DNA from: Octopus sinensis
Lineage: Eukaryota
Reading direction: 5' to 3'
DNA length: 64,000 nucleotides
Assembly: GCF_006345805.1 (NCBI RefSeq)
Contig: NW_021832220.1
Span: 1 to 64,000 of the forward strand
Positions 1 through 13,324 of the stretch are shown in pieces (the stretch's first letter is position 1; each line of letters opens with the position of its first letter). The notes below the pieces were generated by a model. It was not told the DNA's origin, did not search any database, and saw only the letters and a list, made by a program, of their open reading frames with translations. Both the position numbers and the translations under genes were made by a program.

Positions 1-879
1 TCATTTTATATCTTGAGGATACTTCACTATCTATTTTCTCTCTTTCCAGTTGGAGAAGCCATGTATCTCTCCTCTTCAACAAGACACTTGTTCCTGTCCC
101 TCTATCATGCTTCAACCTCTCAATGTCTGGTATAAAACCACCTCCCTTAACGCTATATCCCACTCAGCTGAAGCATCTTGCTTTGCAAGTTACTTGTTGA
201 CTTCACTGGTGCCATTGTCAATGAAAGAAGCCCCCAGCACACTCTGTAGAGTGGTTGGCAGAAGGAAGCACATTCAGCCATAGAAACATGTCAAAGCAGA
301 TTTTGCAACTCAGCCCAATCTTCTGGCTCATTGGTTCCTATTGAACTGTTCAATCCATACCAGCTAAACTATTATATATATATATATATATATAGTCTTT
401 TTCATAGTATCCACGCATTACTTTTAATCACTGGTCGGAACCCACAAAGTGTGGTTACAAAGCCAACCTCATAATCACACCAGTTAAGTATATACCATCA
501 AAGTGTTTCATAGTTGTTTGGGTTGCATCAACCTACCGTACTTGTCACCACTACCTTATCTTTATTTTCTTATCAAATCTGACATTGCCCCCCCACCCCC
601 CTCCTAAAAGAAAAAAATCACTCCCATTATTTTTGGAAACACATTTATATGCTTAGAATTGCTGAAGCATGGGATAACCTACTTGCACCAGCTGCTAGCT
701 GTCGGGACACTACATCCTTCATAACTTCCATGCTTCCTGAAATTTTGTCAGCAATACACCTGATGCCCCACCCCCGTTTTTTTTCTTTGTTTCTACTTAT
801 TCATCGTTCACTTCCTGTTCAGGCAGTTTTGGTTACTTATTCTGATGAGTTGTATTGCACTGGAGCACCGCCTTTAGTC

Positions 880-1166
880 AACCCCAGGACTTATTCTTTG
901 TAAGCCTAGTAACTTGTTCTATTGTCTCTTTTGCTGAACTGCTAAGTTACGGATGTAAACACACCAGCATCGGTTGTCAAGCAATGTTGGGAGGACAAAC
1001 ACAGACACATATATATAGATATATACGATGGGCTTCTTTTCGGTTTCTGTCTACCAAATCCACTCACAAGGCTTTGGTTGGCCCCAGGCTATAGTGGAAG
1101 ACACTTGCCCAAGGTGCCACACAGTGGGACTGAACCTGGTAAGCAAGCTACTTACCACACAGCCAC
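880..1166 (-). mobile_element. tRNA-derived SINE (family A)
   Basis: Head GAGTGGCTGTGTGGTAAG..GGTTCAGTCCC (A/B-box-like). Same family as 35852-37167 and 16460-16730. Confidence 0.75.
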
Positions 1167-1617
1167 TCTTATGCCTATATACAATAATTCATTATATATA
1201 TATAACCTCACCACTTCTTCCATTCATTCACATCACACAACTAATACAGTTTTCCCTTTGCCACCCAGTCGCTGTTTTTCCAGAAAAATAAACTGTTTAT
1301 TTTGTTAAAAACACTCACTCTGTTGGTGTGTTTATATCTGTAACTTAGCAGTTCAGCAAAGGCAATGGATTAACTAATGTTGGCTGCAATCTACTGACCA
1401 AGATAATGGCATGAACAATAAAACTTAACTCAAAATAATTTTTTAAAATGTTTACCTTTTTTTTTTTAAATAATATATTAGTTTTATATTTTAAAACTTT
1501 AATGAAATTTTTGTTGGAAGCTACTTAAAAAAAAACAAATAAAAACTTTAAACTAACTTATGTACAAGTAAGTAAACTTGCAATATATTTTAATTTGCTA
1601 TATGAAGTTTGAAGACT

Positions 1618-2756
1618 TTAGTTGTTATATCTTCTTCTCTTGGTCAAGAAACCTGCCCCATTGGAATCCACTCCAGCTTTCCGCTTTGAATGCTTATTAC
1701 CAAGGAGATCGAGAAAAGTTTCATAATCAGTGTCCAAACGTAAACACCTGTTCGACTTATCTGCAACACCTTGATTGGAAACTGAAGATGAATGACAAAT
1801 GTTAGATGATTTCTCTTTGTTGCAATAATAGTACTTTTTACGTTTCCACTTATCTAAAGAATCTGGTGTAGAAGATTGTACAGAGGGCTTTGGAGAAGGA
1901 GTCTGTAAAACCTTTGTTGGTAAATTTAATGATGTGGAGACACTGTTTCTATGAGAAGCATCTTCCTCACCAGAAACAGAATTAGATTTTGGTTGTGAAA
2001 TGACACTACTAGTTTCATGAACATCGTTCCGTCTTTTGACTGGAGTTTTTTTCAGAGTTCCTGAAGTTGCAATGAATCTTTGTGACTCATGTGATATATT
2101 ATTTGTGCAAGATTTGTTTCGAGTAACAATACTTACATTTTCAATCACTTTGGATTCATTGAAGTTATTTAACTGTATATTTTCTGGAGTGATTACAGAC
2201 TTTTCAGGAGTTTCTAAACAATGAGGGGCTTCTTTTGTAGGCGTTTGAAATATGCTATTCTCACTTTTCTCAAGTGCCAACTTATTTGATTTTGATTGTT
2301 TATCACCACTACAGTGAGCTGTTGATGATGATTGCATCGATATTTTTTCAGGTGTTGTAAAAAGAGCTTGTTTAACAAGTGGCTTGTCTAAAGAACGCTT
2401 TCGGATTACTGGGCTTCTACTAAAAGGAAAAGCTTCACTTTTGGGATTTGGTGTATAGTTTGATGTAATAGAAGTGTTGTCAAATTTGGGAGTACTAGGT
2501 GATGGGAAGCCCATAAGTTGAGAGAGAGCAAATGTATTGGGTTGATCCAGTGGTGACCGGCTGCTTGCATTATTTTCTGTGAAAGAAGTAGAAGTAGTAG
2601 TCAATTTGGCATAGCGGTCATGGCGCCCAGCAATACGGTCAGCCAGTCCCATATATTTTGCAAAATTTCTGGATTGTAAACGATTTCGACTTAAGCCATA
2701 GAAACCTTTTCGGATCAAAACTTTTGTTTTGTGGTTACACTCTGAACTTGATAGTT
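1618..2756 (-). CDS. TICRR: Treslin terminal coding exon (S/T-P-rich, likely disordered C-terminus)
   Basis: Acceptor ttccgtttcag|AA (phase 1) joins the 4655 donor in frame (..EIQSSKLSSSECNHK..). The frame stays open to TAA at 1618-1620. Confidence 0.82.
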
Positions 2757-4654
2757 CTGAAACGGAATAAAAAAAAATAATAATAATAATAATAATAATA
2801 AAACTTTCTGCAAATAGGCAATAAGGCCTGGAATTTCAGTGGGAAGCGGGCCAGTTGATTACATTGATAAGTGTCAGTTGAGCACTGGTGTCAATCTTGA
2901 AAGGAATAATAATAATTCTTTGTACTGTAGGCACAAGGCCTGGAATGGGGGGGGGGAGTAAGGGTTTGAGTTGATTACATCGACCCCCAAAAGGATGAAA
3001 GGCAAAGTCAACATTGCTGGAATTTGAACACAGAATGTGGACAAAATGTCACTAAGCATTTTGTCACCTTACTGCCTTAATAATAATAATCTTTTCTACT
3101 CTATGCACAAGGCCTGAAAGTTTTTGGGGTGGGGGCCAGTCGATTAGATCAAGCCCAGTACACAGCTAGTACTTATTTTATCGACCCCAAAAAGATGAAA
3201 GGCAAAGCCGACCTTGGCTGAATTTGAACTCAGAACGTAAAGACAGATGAAATACTGCTAAGCATTTTGCCGACATGCAAATGTTTCTATTAATAATAAA
3301 AAATACAAAAACATTATATTAACCATTTCATAGGTAAATCCCAATTTATACAAAATAAATGGTTTACTAAGTAGCGATTTACAAATAAGCAGGAATTATA
3401 ATAACTCAGCTTCTTGCCTACCATCATCTGATGATAATGTTTGCTGCTTCCTTCAGTGACGAAGCAGAGAACATCTGCTTACAGACATGAAGGGAATGGC
3501 TGAGATAGTAAAGCAATAAATGGAATACCTTAACTGAATTTAAGCTTCTAAAGTTCTAAACTTATGGTTTCATCATCTTGACTATAAAACAAGTACTGAA
3601 GCTGAGGAGTCAACTGCACTATGCCAAGAAACCATTGTTAAAGATACGACTGAATAATCTTCATAATGTCAACGACTGAATTCTGATGTGAGAGTGGTCG
3701 TAAAATTTGAACTTAGGATCAGTGGTTCAATAATATAGAAATCTTAACTACACTAAAATGTGTCGCTACATTTAATTTCAAAATAATATTCTGAAAATCT
3801 CTAGCGTGATCCATTCTTATAGCTGTGTAGAATACAATCTAGAAGGAGCTGTTTTAACAACAATAGCTGAATTATTGTTCTTAACAACTTCAGATGTGGT
3901 TCATCTGAAGTTGTTCAGAACCCAATTCAATCCAACAATGAGTAGTTCTACAATGGAAGGCATTCCAACTGTGACTAACTCACCCTTTTTTATCTCCCAG
4001 ACATAATGTATCTAAAACTAGACTATCTAATGTGCCCTTCCCTTAGCAATGAGGGAATCGCTTAATTGCCACAAGATATTACTCTAGAATCAGAGTAAAG
4101 TTAGTATAAACATATTTAATGCGAGTAGAATTAAAATGCTCAACGAAACATTACTTTCAGGTTTGTGGCATAAGAATGTACACTGGTTTAAAGAGAATTT
4201 AAAGAATAAATCATTTCAAGTCTGTACAGGTCAACTTAATAGAAATAGCAACCAACTCTCTCTCAAAACACCCCCTACCATCACAGATCACAACTAGAAT
4301 GCCAATGAAGATACATTTGTTTGACCAGAGCTGATAACTCATTATTTTTTATCTCTTGGTTGGGAAGAAAGGTATCTGTCAAATGAAGACAGCCTGAATG
4401 CTTGCAAAGGGGTGGAGACTGTTAAAGGCAACCAAGGTGCCAGGTGGGGGGGGGGGGGGGTAAACTGGGCAACAGAGTAAGTAAACATATAATCCATGGC
4501 AGGATTTGAACTCAGAAAGCTTAAGAGGCAAAACATTTGTTCCAAAGGTACCCCACCTAAAACTGTAAGGATGAAACGCAAAGTTGACTAAGGCAAGATT
4601 TGAACTCATAGCTGAATAATTACCACAAAACAAATAAATAAGTGATGTACTTAC

Positions 4655-6292
4655 TTGAGCTTTGTATTTCTTTCAAGGGTGACTCTTCAATTACAAGTCT
4701 AGAAGACTTGGATTCCAAAGGTAAATTGTGGTCAGTGTTTGACTGACCTTTTGCCAGTACTTCTAGTGGCTCTGTCAGTCTACTCTGCAGTAGGTGCCAA
4801 CGCCGCATTACCTGAGACACCTGTTTATGTGCAGGTGTTTCGGCAACAACTGTTTTTCTCCTTTTGTTTTTTCCTGAATCTTTGTGATGAGTATGCCTCC
4901 GATGAGCACGGGACTTTTCTCTCTCTGTCACAGCAAATGAACGGTGTCTTTCTAACTTCCTGCTATCACTTGTGAAGAGGCTACGCCTGGCCCTAACAGT
5001 GTCTTTAGAACTACTAACAACACCAGTCCTTTTCTTATCTGAAGAACTAGATTTTGATTTAGAAAGACGTTTCTTTATTGCCTGTGTATTAGATTTCTTA
5101 CCGACAATGATCTGTCGATTGAGTCTTTCACCAAGACCTGGCAACACCTGCTTGGTTTTAGATTTCTTGGTTTGTGTTTGTTGGACTGCATTGGGTAAAA
5201 ATTCTCTCAGAGATTCATCGACAGTAAAGCTACTCACAGAAGAAGGACAAAGTGTTGAAGGTGCATCTGACTCGGGTGACATAACATCAGCCAGGACACT
5301 GGGCACTGGCTGCATCAGTTCATCATATATATTCGCTACAACCTGTGGTATTGAGTGGCTGTAATTCTTGAGTAACACATCTCTGAGAAAGAAAGGCAAT
5401 AAAGTGAGATCTGAAATAAAAGACAATGTTCGTAACATTGTAACTACATCTTCTACACAGGCTTCCATAGAGTGAGCATCATCTTTTGTGTCAAGAGTTT
5501 CAGTTTTATCAGATACTAATTGAAGGCATTGAATTTCCATTCGAAGAATAATTTGAAGTTTATATTCTTGTATTTTAGTCTCTTTCTCTAGTTCTGGCTT
5601 TTTGTATTTATGACGCAGATCAGAACAAGAAACGTACAAGTGTTCCAGCAAAAATTTCTTGGTTTCTGTTTCTGGATTGTCTGTATTGTGAGGTTTTAAA
5701 TAATTAAGGACTACATTTACAACTTGATAGATCTGCTTCCAAGGATCCAATTTCTCTTGGAGGGATGTTGCATAAGACTGATTAACAAAGTCAATTAGAT
5801 CGTTATTATTAGTAATACACTTAACAAGTGTGTTAACTTCATCAAGAATCTGCTTGGAATCTTCATTCTCTTGCAGACATGAAACTGGTTCTTCACTTTC
5901 AGTTTTATTCAACTCTTCAGCAACTGCCATGCTTTTGTAGAGGATCATTTCTGCTCGAGTTGGACCAAGAGTAAAACTACGGAGTTTCTTCAGAAGACAA
6001 GGTTTCAGATTGTCAGCCTTCTGAGAAATGCTTTCAGTTGCTTGGTTTGTATCAGGTTTCGAGGGTTTTTCATCAACTAATCCCTTGTCTACCAACCTAG
6101 AAGGGCTGTCAGCTTTACGATATAACTGTTTCAGTTTCTTCAACAATTCTATTTCCTTTGTATGGAGCTGTTTTTTACAGAATAATTTAGACATTTTTGT
6201 CATTTCAGGATTTTCAGCATTAGGAATTGTCCATTTGTTTAAAATAGAAGAATCAAATACAGAATGGAAAGTTGATTCTGGTATGGTTTTAT
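4655..6292 (-). CDS. TICRR: Treslin large exon (Sld3/Treslin-domain region and CDK sites)
   Basis: 1638-nt exon, phase 1 to 1, with acceptor ttttctcacag| and donor TCAA|GTAAGT. Contains EYKLQIILRMEI..VEDVVTMLRTLSF..YSHSIPQVVANIYDEL, ARRSLF, VAETPAHKQVS and VIEESPLK, all Treslin hallmarks. Confidence 0.92.
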
Positions 6293-6357
6293 CTGTGAGA
6301 AAAGGGAAAAAAAAAAAAATATGAGTATGGTGCAAAGTCCCATCTCGACCCAGGGTA

Positions 6358-8785
6358 ATGTGGTGGTGGAACAATGTGGTTGAAAAGGCTATTAGACAAA
6401 AGAAACAGGCTTGGAGGGACTGGAAGAAAGGAGGTAGCAGGGAATTGTATCAGACTGTCAGAAGGGAAGCTAGGAGACAGGTTTATTTAGCCAAAGGGGA
6501 AGCAGACAAGAAAAAATTTGCCAATGTTCTGCACCGTGAGGACCAAAGACTTGAAGTATTTCATGTTGCAAGACAGTGTGTAAGAGAGAATCCTGATGAG
6601 GTAGGAGAGAAATGTGTCCGCATGGATGATGGTTCACTTGCACTAAACGAGGCTGCAAAGAGAGAGGTTTGGAGACGCCACTATGAAAGGTTGCTGAATA
6701 AGGAAAATAAATGGGATAAAGAGAGTCTGCCGAATGTTGACCCAACAGAGGGACCAGCTATCCGAATTGACAGTACCTTGGTAGATAAAGCAATTAAGGG
6801 TATGATGACAGGGAAAGCCCCCAGCCCATCAGGAATCACTGCAGAGATGTTTAAAATATCTGGAAGTGTCGGCTATAGCCTAGTCACCCATATAGTTAAC
6901 CAGGGGATATATGAAGGAGTCATACCCAATGACTGGTGTAGCAGCACCATAGTCAACTGCTACAAAGGTAAAGGTGATGCCTTAGATACAAATATTACCT
7001 CTGTTATTATTTGTATCTAAGGCATCACCTTTACCTTTGTAGCAGTTGACTATCAAGTAATGAAGGTTACGGAGAGGGTCATAGCCCAACTAATTAGAGA
7101 GTCAGTTTAAATGACATGCAGTTTCGGTTTGTGCCAGGGAAAAGCACCACTGATGCTATATTTCTGGTAAGACAGCTACAGGAGAAATACCTAGCTAAAG
7201 ATAAGCCCCTGTACCTGGCTTTCGCTGACATGGTCCCCCGATCCCTAATCTGGTGGTCAATGCGGAAACTAGGGATAGATGAATGGTTAGTGAGAGCTGT
7301 GCAAGCCATGTACAGGGACGCTATTAGTAAAGTGAGGGTTGGCAGTGAATACAGTGAAGAATTCCAGGTAGAGGTAGGGGTCCACCAAGGTTCAGTCCTC
7401 AGCCCCCTCCTATTTATCATAGTCCTCCAGGCAATAACAGAGGAATTCAAGACAGGATGCCCCTGGGAGCTCCTCTATGCTGATGACCTTGCTCTAATTG
7501 CTGAGTCACTATCAGAACTGGAGAAGTTTCAGGTGTGGAAGCGAGGATTAGAATTGAAGGGCCTTAGAGTCAACCTAGCTAAAACCAAAGTCCTAATAAG
7601 TAGGAAAGGCCCTGCTAGATCTGTAGAAAAAGCGTAGGTAGAAACTCTATAAGATGTACTAAGTGTAAGCTATGGACACATAAGAGGTGCAGCAATATCA
7701 AAGGAAGGCTAACTGGGAAGATAGTTTTTGTATGTGGCAGATGCTCAGGAGCAATAAACACTGAAAATATGCAGATAACAACTTCTGCCACATTCCAGGG
7801 AGAAAAACTAGAAGTAGCTGATAGCTTCTGTTACCTAGTCAGTAGCAGGGGCGGGTGTGCTGAAAGTGTAACTGCTAGAGTAAGAATAGCCTGGGCAAAG
7901 TTCAGAGAGCTCTTACCCCTGCTGGTGACAAAAGGCCTCTCGCTCAGAGTAAAAGGCAGACTGTATGATGCAGTGTGCGAACAGCCATGCTACATGGCAG
8001 TGAAACATGGGCCGTGACTAATGGGGATATGCGTAAGCTCACAAGAAATGAAGCCAGTATGCTCCGATGGATGTGTAATGTCAGTGTTCATACTCAACAG
8101 AGTGTAAGTACCTTGAGAGAAAAGTTGGACCTAAGAAGCATCAGTTATAATGTGTAAGAGAGACGTTTGCACTGGTATGGTCATGTGGCGAGAATGGAGG
8201 AAGATAGTTGTGTGAAAAAGTGCCACACACTAGCGGTTGAGGGAACCTGTGGAAGAGGTAGACCCAGGAAAACCTGGGACGAAGTGGTGAAGCACGACCT
8301 TCGAACTTTAGGTCTCACCAAGGAAATGACTAGAGACGGAGACCTATGGAAGTATGCTGTGCGTGAGAAGACCCGGCAGGACAAATGAGACCATAACCCG
8401 TGGCCTCTACCTGGGATGTAGCCAGTCCACTTATGCATACCTTCCCTTCTTGGGACACAAAACTCTGCTTGCAAAGACCTGTTGAGGCAATCGAAATCGA
8501 TCAAAAATCAATGGAAATTGCAGTTGTGATACCAGTGCTGGTGGCACGTAAAAAGCACCAACCGATTGTGACCTTTGCCAGCCTCGCCTGGCACCTGTGC
8601 CAGTGGCATGCAAAAAGCACCCACTACACTCACGGAGTGGTTGGCGTTAGGAAGGGCATCCAGCTGTAGAAACACTGCCAGATCAGACTGGGCCTGGTGC
8701 AACCTCCTGGCTTCCCAGACCCCAGTCAAACCGTTCAACCCATGCTAGCATGGAAAGTGGACGTTAAACGATGATGATGAGGAGT
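6358..8785 (+). mobile_element. 5'-truncated RTE-clade LINE (degenerate reverse transcriptase plus 3' UTR ending (GAT)n)
   Basis: ORF pieces contain KAPSPSGITAEM, QFRFVPGKSTTDAIF, VGVHQGSVLSPLLF, LLYADDL, RLRWYGHV-like and GRGRPRKTW motifs. Several frameshifts. Confidence 0.9.
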
Positions 8786-9221
8786 AATATTGAACAGAAT
8801 TACAAGAAAAAATTAAAATTTTAATAATCTGAGCTCTACTTTCCATGTCTCCATGTATTGTATAGTTATGCATATTTAGACATTTGCAGGGTTTAAGCAA
8901 GTGTTATCTGATAGTTGTCTTTACGGTAACTATTCATTAGAGGGGACGAATAGACGGAAGCAGATCAATTAAAGGAGAGTTGCAGGAACCAAATAATGAT
9001 TGATGTTATTATTGTTAAATTAAGCAAGTTGAATTGTATACAAGTTATAACAGGTCTCAGTATCAATCAACAGTTGCCAGGAGTTCGTTAACCTAGAGAT
9101 CTATTAAAGTCACTTTCACTTCTGTCTTTCGCCACTCTCTCGTACATAACAATATCATGTGCAGACAAGATAACAATACCATGTGGAAACAAGGAGAAAT
9201 TGAAGCGAAAACTTAATTTAC

Positions 9222-9483
9222 CTGACTGATCCTTGGTGAAATGTTTTGAATGCATTATCTTGGTGGAATATCGCTGTAAAACGGAATCGAGTTTGTCAAA
9301 ATCACAAGCACTAGAAATCTTTGAATTAGAACAATGTCCATAAACTGGAAAAACAGGGAAAAGCTCTTTCAGTTGTCTATTGAGGCCCATTGGAAGAATT
9401 GTCACAGCAGCTAGATTGATAGTGATAGGTTCTAGGACACCTATATAAGGTGTAGTTTCCTCATCAATTTTAATTTGTACCAT
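9222..9483 (-). CDS. TICRR: Treslin internal exon
   Basis: Acceptor gaatttcag|ATG (phase 0) continues TNFHL|MVQIKIDEETTPYIGVLEPITINLAAVTIL, similar to Treslin ADV..PITGVISPLSASAMILTV. Donor TCAG|GTAAAT (phase 1) joins the next exon in frame. Confidence 0.78.
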
Positions 9484-11987
9484 CTGAAATTCAACAAGAA
9501 GGAATTAAGTAAGATGTGACTAAGTGTAAACATGTGTTTACATAAAATATTTTCACTTTTTTATGCAATATCACACATTCATAGTATATTTCTGAAATCA
9601 CACTAACAAAAAGAATCCAATAACAGGTAAGCCAATTGATGTCCCTTGGTTTGGATTGTTTCAAGGTCACAGAAAGGGGATTACACTTTCAGGGTCCCTG
9701 GTCAGGCTAAATTTCAATGTGGAATTGACATTTCCACTCACTATTTATCCCATGTGGACTCTAGGTCCTTCTGCTGGTTCATTAGGAAATGACAGAATAT
9801 TTACCTCTCTTGACTTCTACAGTACAAGCTTTCTTGATGTGATATTTGTGATACATTTTATGAGAAAATGTGATTTTCATTAATTTAAAAAAAATTTTAA
9901 AAACCAGCTTTTGGGATGAAATAGACTTAACTGCCAAACCCCATTTTATTTCCCCCAGCATTGTTGATTCAACAGATTCAGAAAGAATTAAAACAGTCCA
10001 CATAAATAATACTGTCGTTTTTCTTCAATTGTTTGGAATTTAAGATACATGTCCATTCTTAAATTGGTCTCAGTTCCTAGAAAGCAAGCATGCTAGGGCA
10101 CTTTCATTTTATGTATAATTCATCCCTATTTTTTAAACATGTTATCAAAAATATAAGGTGTATGTTATATAGGTCACGCTTCCTGATATGAATATGCTTC
10201 TAGACAAATATTGTTTGACTTGCCATCTCTTCATCTCAGTGCATCAATCGTGTATGTACCTTTCAAGAATCATCTGGTTAATGAGCTTTATCTAAATAAA
10301 ACTCATTAGTCAAGAAACATAATATGATGATAGAACTTTAAGAAGTATTTTGAGAAAATGTTGTTAACACCAGTTCTCTGCACAGGCCTATGGTCAGAAA
10401 GGATTCAATCACAACTATTTTGTCTTTTTGTAAACTGAAGATTACATTGTCCAATATGTCCTCCTTTTCTTTAAAGATGACGTGATTTGAGGGAAACTTA
10501 GCTGATATTTTTAGCAGCTTGACTAATGAAAGTTCCCTTGTTGGCTCATTAAAAACCATTACCGTTTCAGATGATAGATGGTTTTATATTAATTGACACC
10601 TGTATTGGTGGCATGTAAAAAGCACACATTACACTCTTGAGTGGTTGGCATTAGGAAGGGTATTCAGCTGTAGAAACCATGCCAAATCAGGCTGGAACCT
10701 GGTGCAGTTCTCCAGCTTACCAGTTTCAGTGAAACCGTCTGACCCATGTCAGCGTGAAAAGCAGATGCTAAATGATGATGATGAAAGGTAACTTCAAGAA
10801 ACTAGGAGCTATGAAGCAAATAAAGATCTGAATTTGATGGTGATAGGGACAGAATATTAAATCTTATAATCTGTAAAGTTATGACAGAAATTTTTAGCCA
10901 TGTTTTGTTTGGTACCTACCTCTAATGAATATCGTACATTTTTGGAACAATAAATTACAGTTGGTTGTCATTTGATGTACAGTGTAGTAATATGTTTTCA
11001 ATTCTAGTCCATTTTGAAATGAACTAGAATGAAGATTAGAAGAATAATATAAAACTTATAAATTAAATTCAGTTTCTGTTTTGTTTTGAGAATTTCCACA
11101 AGCAACTGAGTAAACTGAAGATAAAATAGTAGCTTCAGTTGATGAGCTTCGTACCTAGGAAAGTAAGAAAAGATTAATTAATTCCCCTTAATAAGAAACA
11201 TTGAATGATGTCCCTTGTTCTTGCTCACTTAGGAATGCAACTATTGGGAATGCTTTTTATTTTAAAGACTGTATTAAACAGGCGGCAACGGCGTGTACAA
11301 ACATCTATATATCACTATGAATATTAATTTCTATTAGTGTTGTATTTTTGAGTGACTGAGCTAATTTATGAAGCTAACCTCATTATTCTGTTTATGTTGT
11401 ATTTCAAGGAGAAATCAACTACATGGACGTTTATTGGAAGAATCAAAACAAATATAGGGGGTTTATATTGGGGTTCAACTTACGAAATAACCGTTATATG
11501 GACAAGGTTAGTAAAATACTCGTTCAGATGTGTAATGTTAGAGTGCATGAACAGTGGAACAGATGAGATGAGAAAGAAGAATGTATTGGCATGGTCATGT
11601 AGTATGAAAGATAACAACTGAGCAAAGAGGTGCCAGGCAATCCAGGTAGGAGCTTGTGGAAGAGGAAGACATGGGATGGAGTGGCAAAAGATGAATAAGA
11701 TGACAAGGAATTGCAACAGGTAACAAGAGACATGGCTGGATAAGACCTGTCCAACCCATGCAAGCATAGGAAATCAGGTGTAAATCTATGATAATGAAAA
11801 ACAAACAAAAAATATACAAACATACACATACTAGATCAATGCACAGGAAGAAGCAGTCACTATAAAATAAGAGTTTAAGAAAAAAGGGTACAACATAATT
11901 CACAGAGAAAAGAATCTATGGAAGTTAGATATAAATGGTTAAGTACCTGAAAGTGAACAAGTTAATAGAACTAATAAACACAAAGAA

Positions 11988-12840
11988 TAAATATTGGTTT
12001 CAAATTTTGGTACAGGGCCAGCAATTTCGAGGAGGAGTTGATTACATTGACCTCACTGCTCAAAAAATGGGCAAAATGCTGCTAAGCCCAGTGTGCTAAT
12101 GGTTTTGCCAGCTCACCATCCTAATTCCACACAGCATTAATATTGGTTTCAAATTTTGGCACAAGGCCAGCAATTTCGGGGGAGGGGGTAAATCGATTAC
12201 ATCAACCCAAGTGCTTAACTTAACTTATATTTACTTGATCAACCCCAAAAGGATGAAAGGCAAAGTTGACCTCGACATAATTTGGACTCAGAATGTAAAA
12301 ATGGATGAAATACCACTATACATTTTGCCTGACTTGCTAATGATCCTGCCAGCTTGTCACTATACACAGAATTAATATAGGTTTCAAATTTTGGCACATG
12401 GACAGAAATTTGGGGGGAAGGTGTCAGTCGATTACATTGACCCCAGTGATCAACTGGTACTTAATTTATTGACTCCAAAGGGATGTAAGCAAAGTCGACC
12501 TTCAGCGGAATTTGAACCCAGAATGTGCAGACAGACGAAATGTCACTAAGCGTTTTGCCCAGCATGCTAACAATTCTACCAGCTCACCACCTTTATACAG
12601 AGAATTAATATTCTTTTCTACTCCAGGCACAAGGCCTGAAATTTTTAGGGAGGAGGCCAGTTGATTAGATCGTCCCCAGTACACAACTGGTACTTAATTT
12701 ATTAACCCTGAAAGAATGAAAGGCAAAATCAACCTTGGCGGAATTTGAACTCAGAACGTAAAGACAGACGAAATACTGCTAAGCATTTTGCCTGGCATGC
12801 TAACATTTCTGCCAGTTTGCTGCCTTATACACAGAATTAA
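11988..12840 (-). repeat. Head-to-tail array of about four copies of SINE family B
   Basis: Units of ~140-235 bp, each beginning aatattggtttcaaattttggcacaagg on the plus strand; the three longer units contain gaatttgaactcagaa (B-box on the minus strand). Single copies at ~2815-3075, 3085-3285, 16310-16460 and 21245-21480. Confidence 0.75.
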
Positions 12841-12925
12841 CATTGACAAACTTTAGGGTCATGAGCTGTCAGAATCATTAGCTCAACACCTTACACAAAG
12901 AATAAATATTATTATTATGCCATAC

Positions 12926-13324
12926 CAAGTGAAAATTAGTTTTAGTCAAACTGTGGAGTAAATTCTGGAACAAGGCTATTTTTGAGGATGCTCTTTCTTT
13001 GATGTTTTTCTTTGGTGAAGTTCCTTTGTGTGCTGTTCTTAGAGATTGCTTAATGTGAGTAGAACTGGTTGGATACGAGGTTAAATGTTCTGAAAGTGGT
13101 GTACAGAAAAACACATGATCGGAGCAGTTGTTGAGATCAGAAGTTTCGAGATAACCATATATTTCCATTTGTAATGATAATGGCTGTTGTGTAGATCGAG
13201 TTAAAAACTTATTTTTCGAAGTGGAAGCTGAAGAATTGGATGGCAGTTTCTCAGGATTTTCAACAACAAATTCAAAAGGAGACATCCTTTTATCTAAGCT
13301 GTGTTCATTGTGTTTGTCCATGAT
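12926..13324 (-). CDS. TICRR: Treslin internal exon
   Basis: LQMEIYGYL..ALFQNLLHSLTKTNFHL resembles Treslin (IFLKGSV..LLFQQLVSRLTAEELHLV). Donor TTG|GTATGG is phase 0. The 5' acceptor (ttaacag|ATC) is less certain. Confidence 0.75.

Noticed and set aside
3400-4010. Short open frames with splice-like signals between the last two TICRR exons
   Set aside because: The 4655 donor and 2756 acceptor already join in frame, and the candidate at ~3420-3475 would shift the phase.
4972-5364. Plus-strand ORFs overlapping TICRR exons (also 2036-2224, 4739-4975, 6028-6324, 22440-22640) and minus-strand ORFs over TTC36
   Set aside because: These are antisense shadows of real coding exons with no independent motifs.
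9093-9221. Extension of the 9483 exon to the end of the ORF
   Set aside because: The donor GTTAAC is weaker than GTAAAT at 9221 in the same phase, and the extension looks intronic. An alternative 5' splice site is not excluded.
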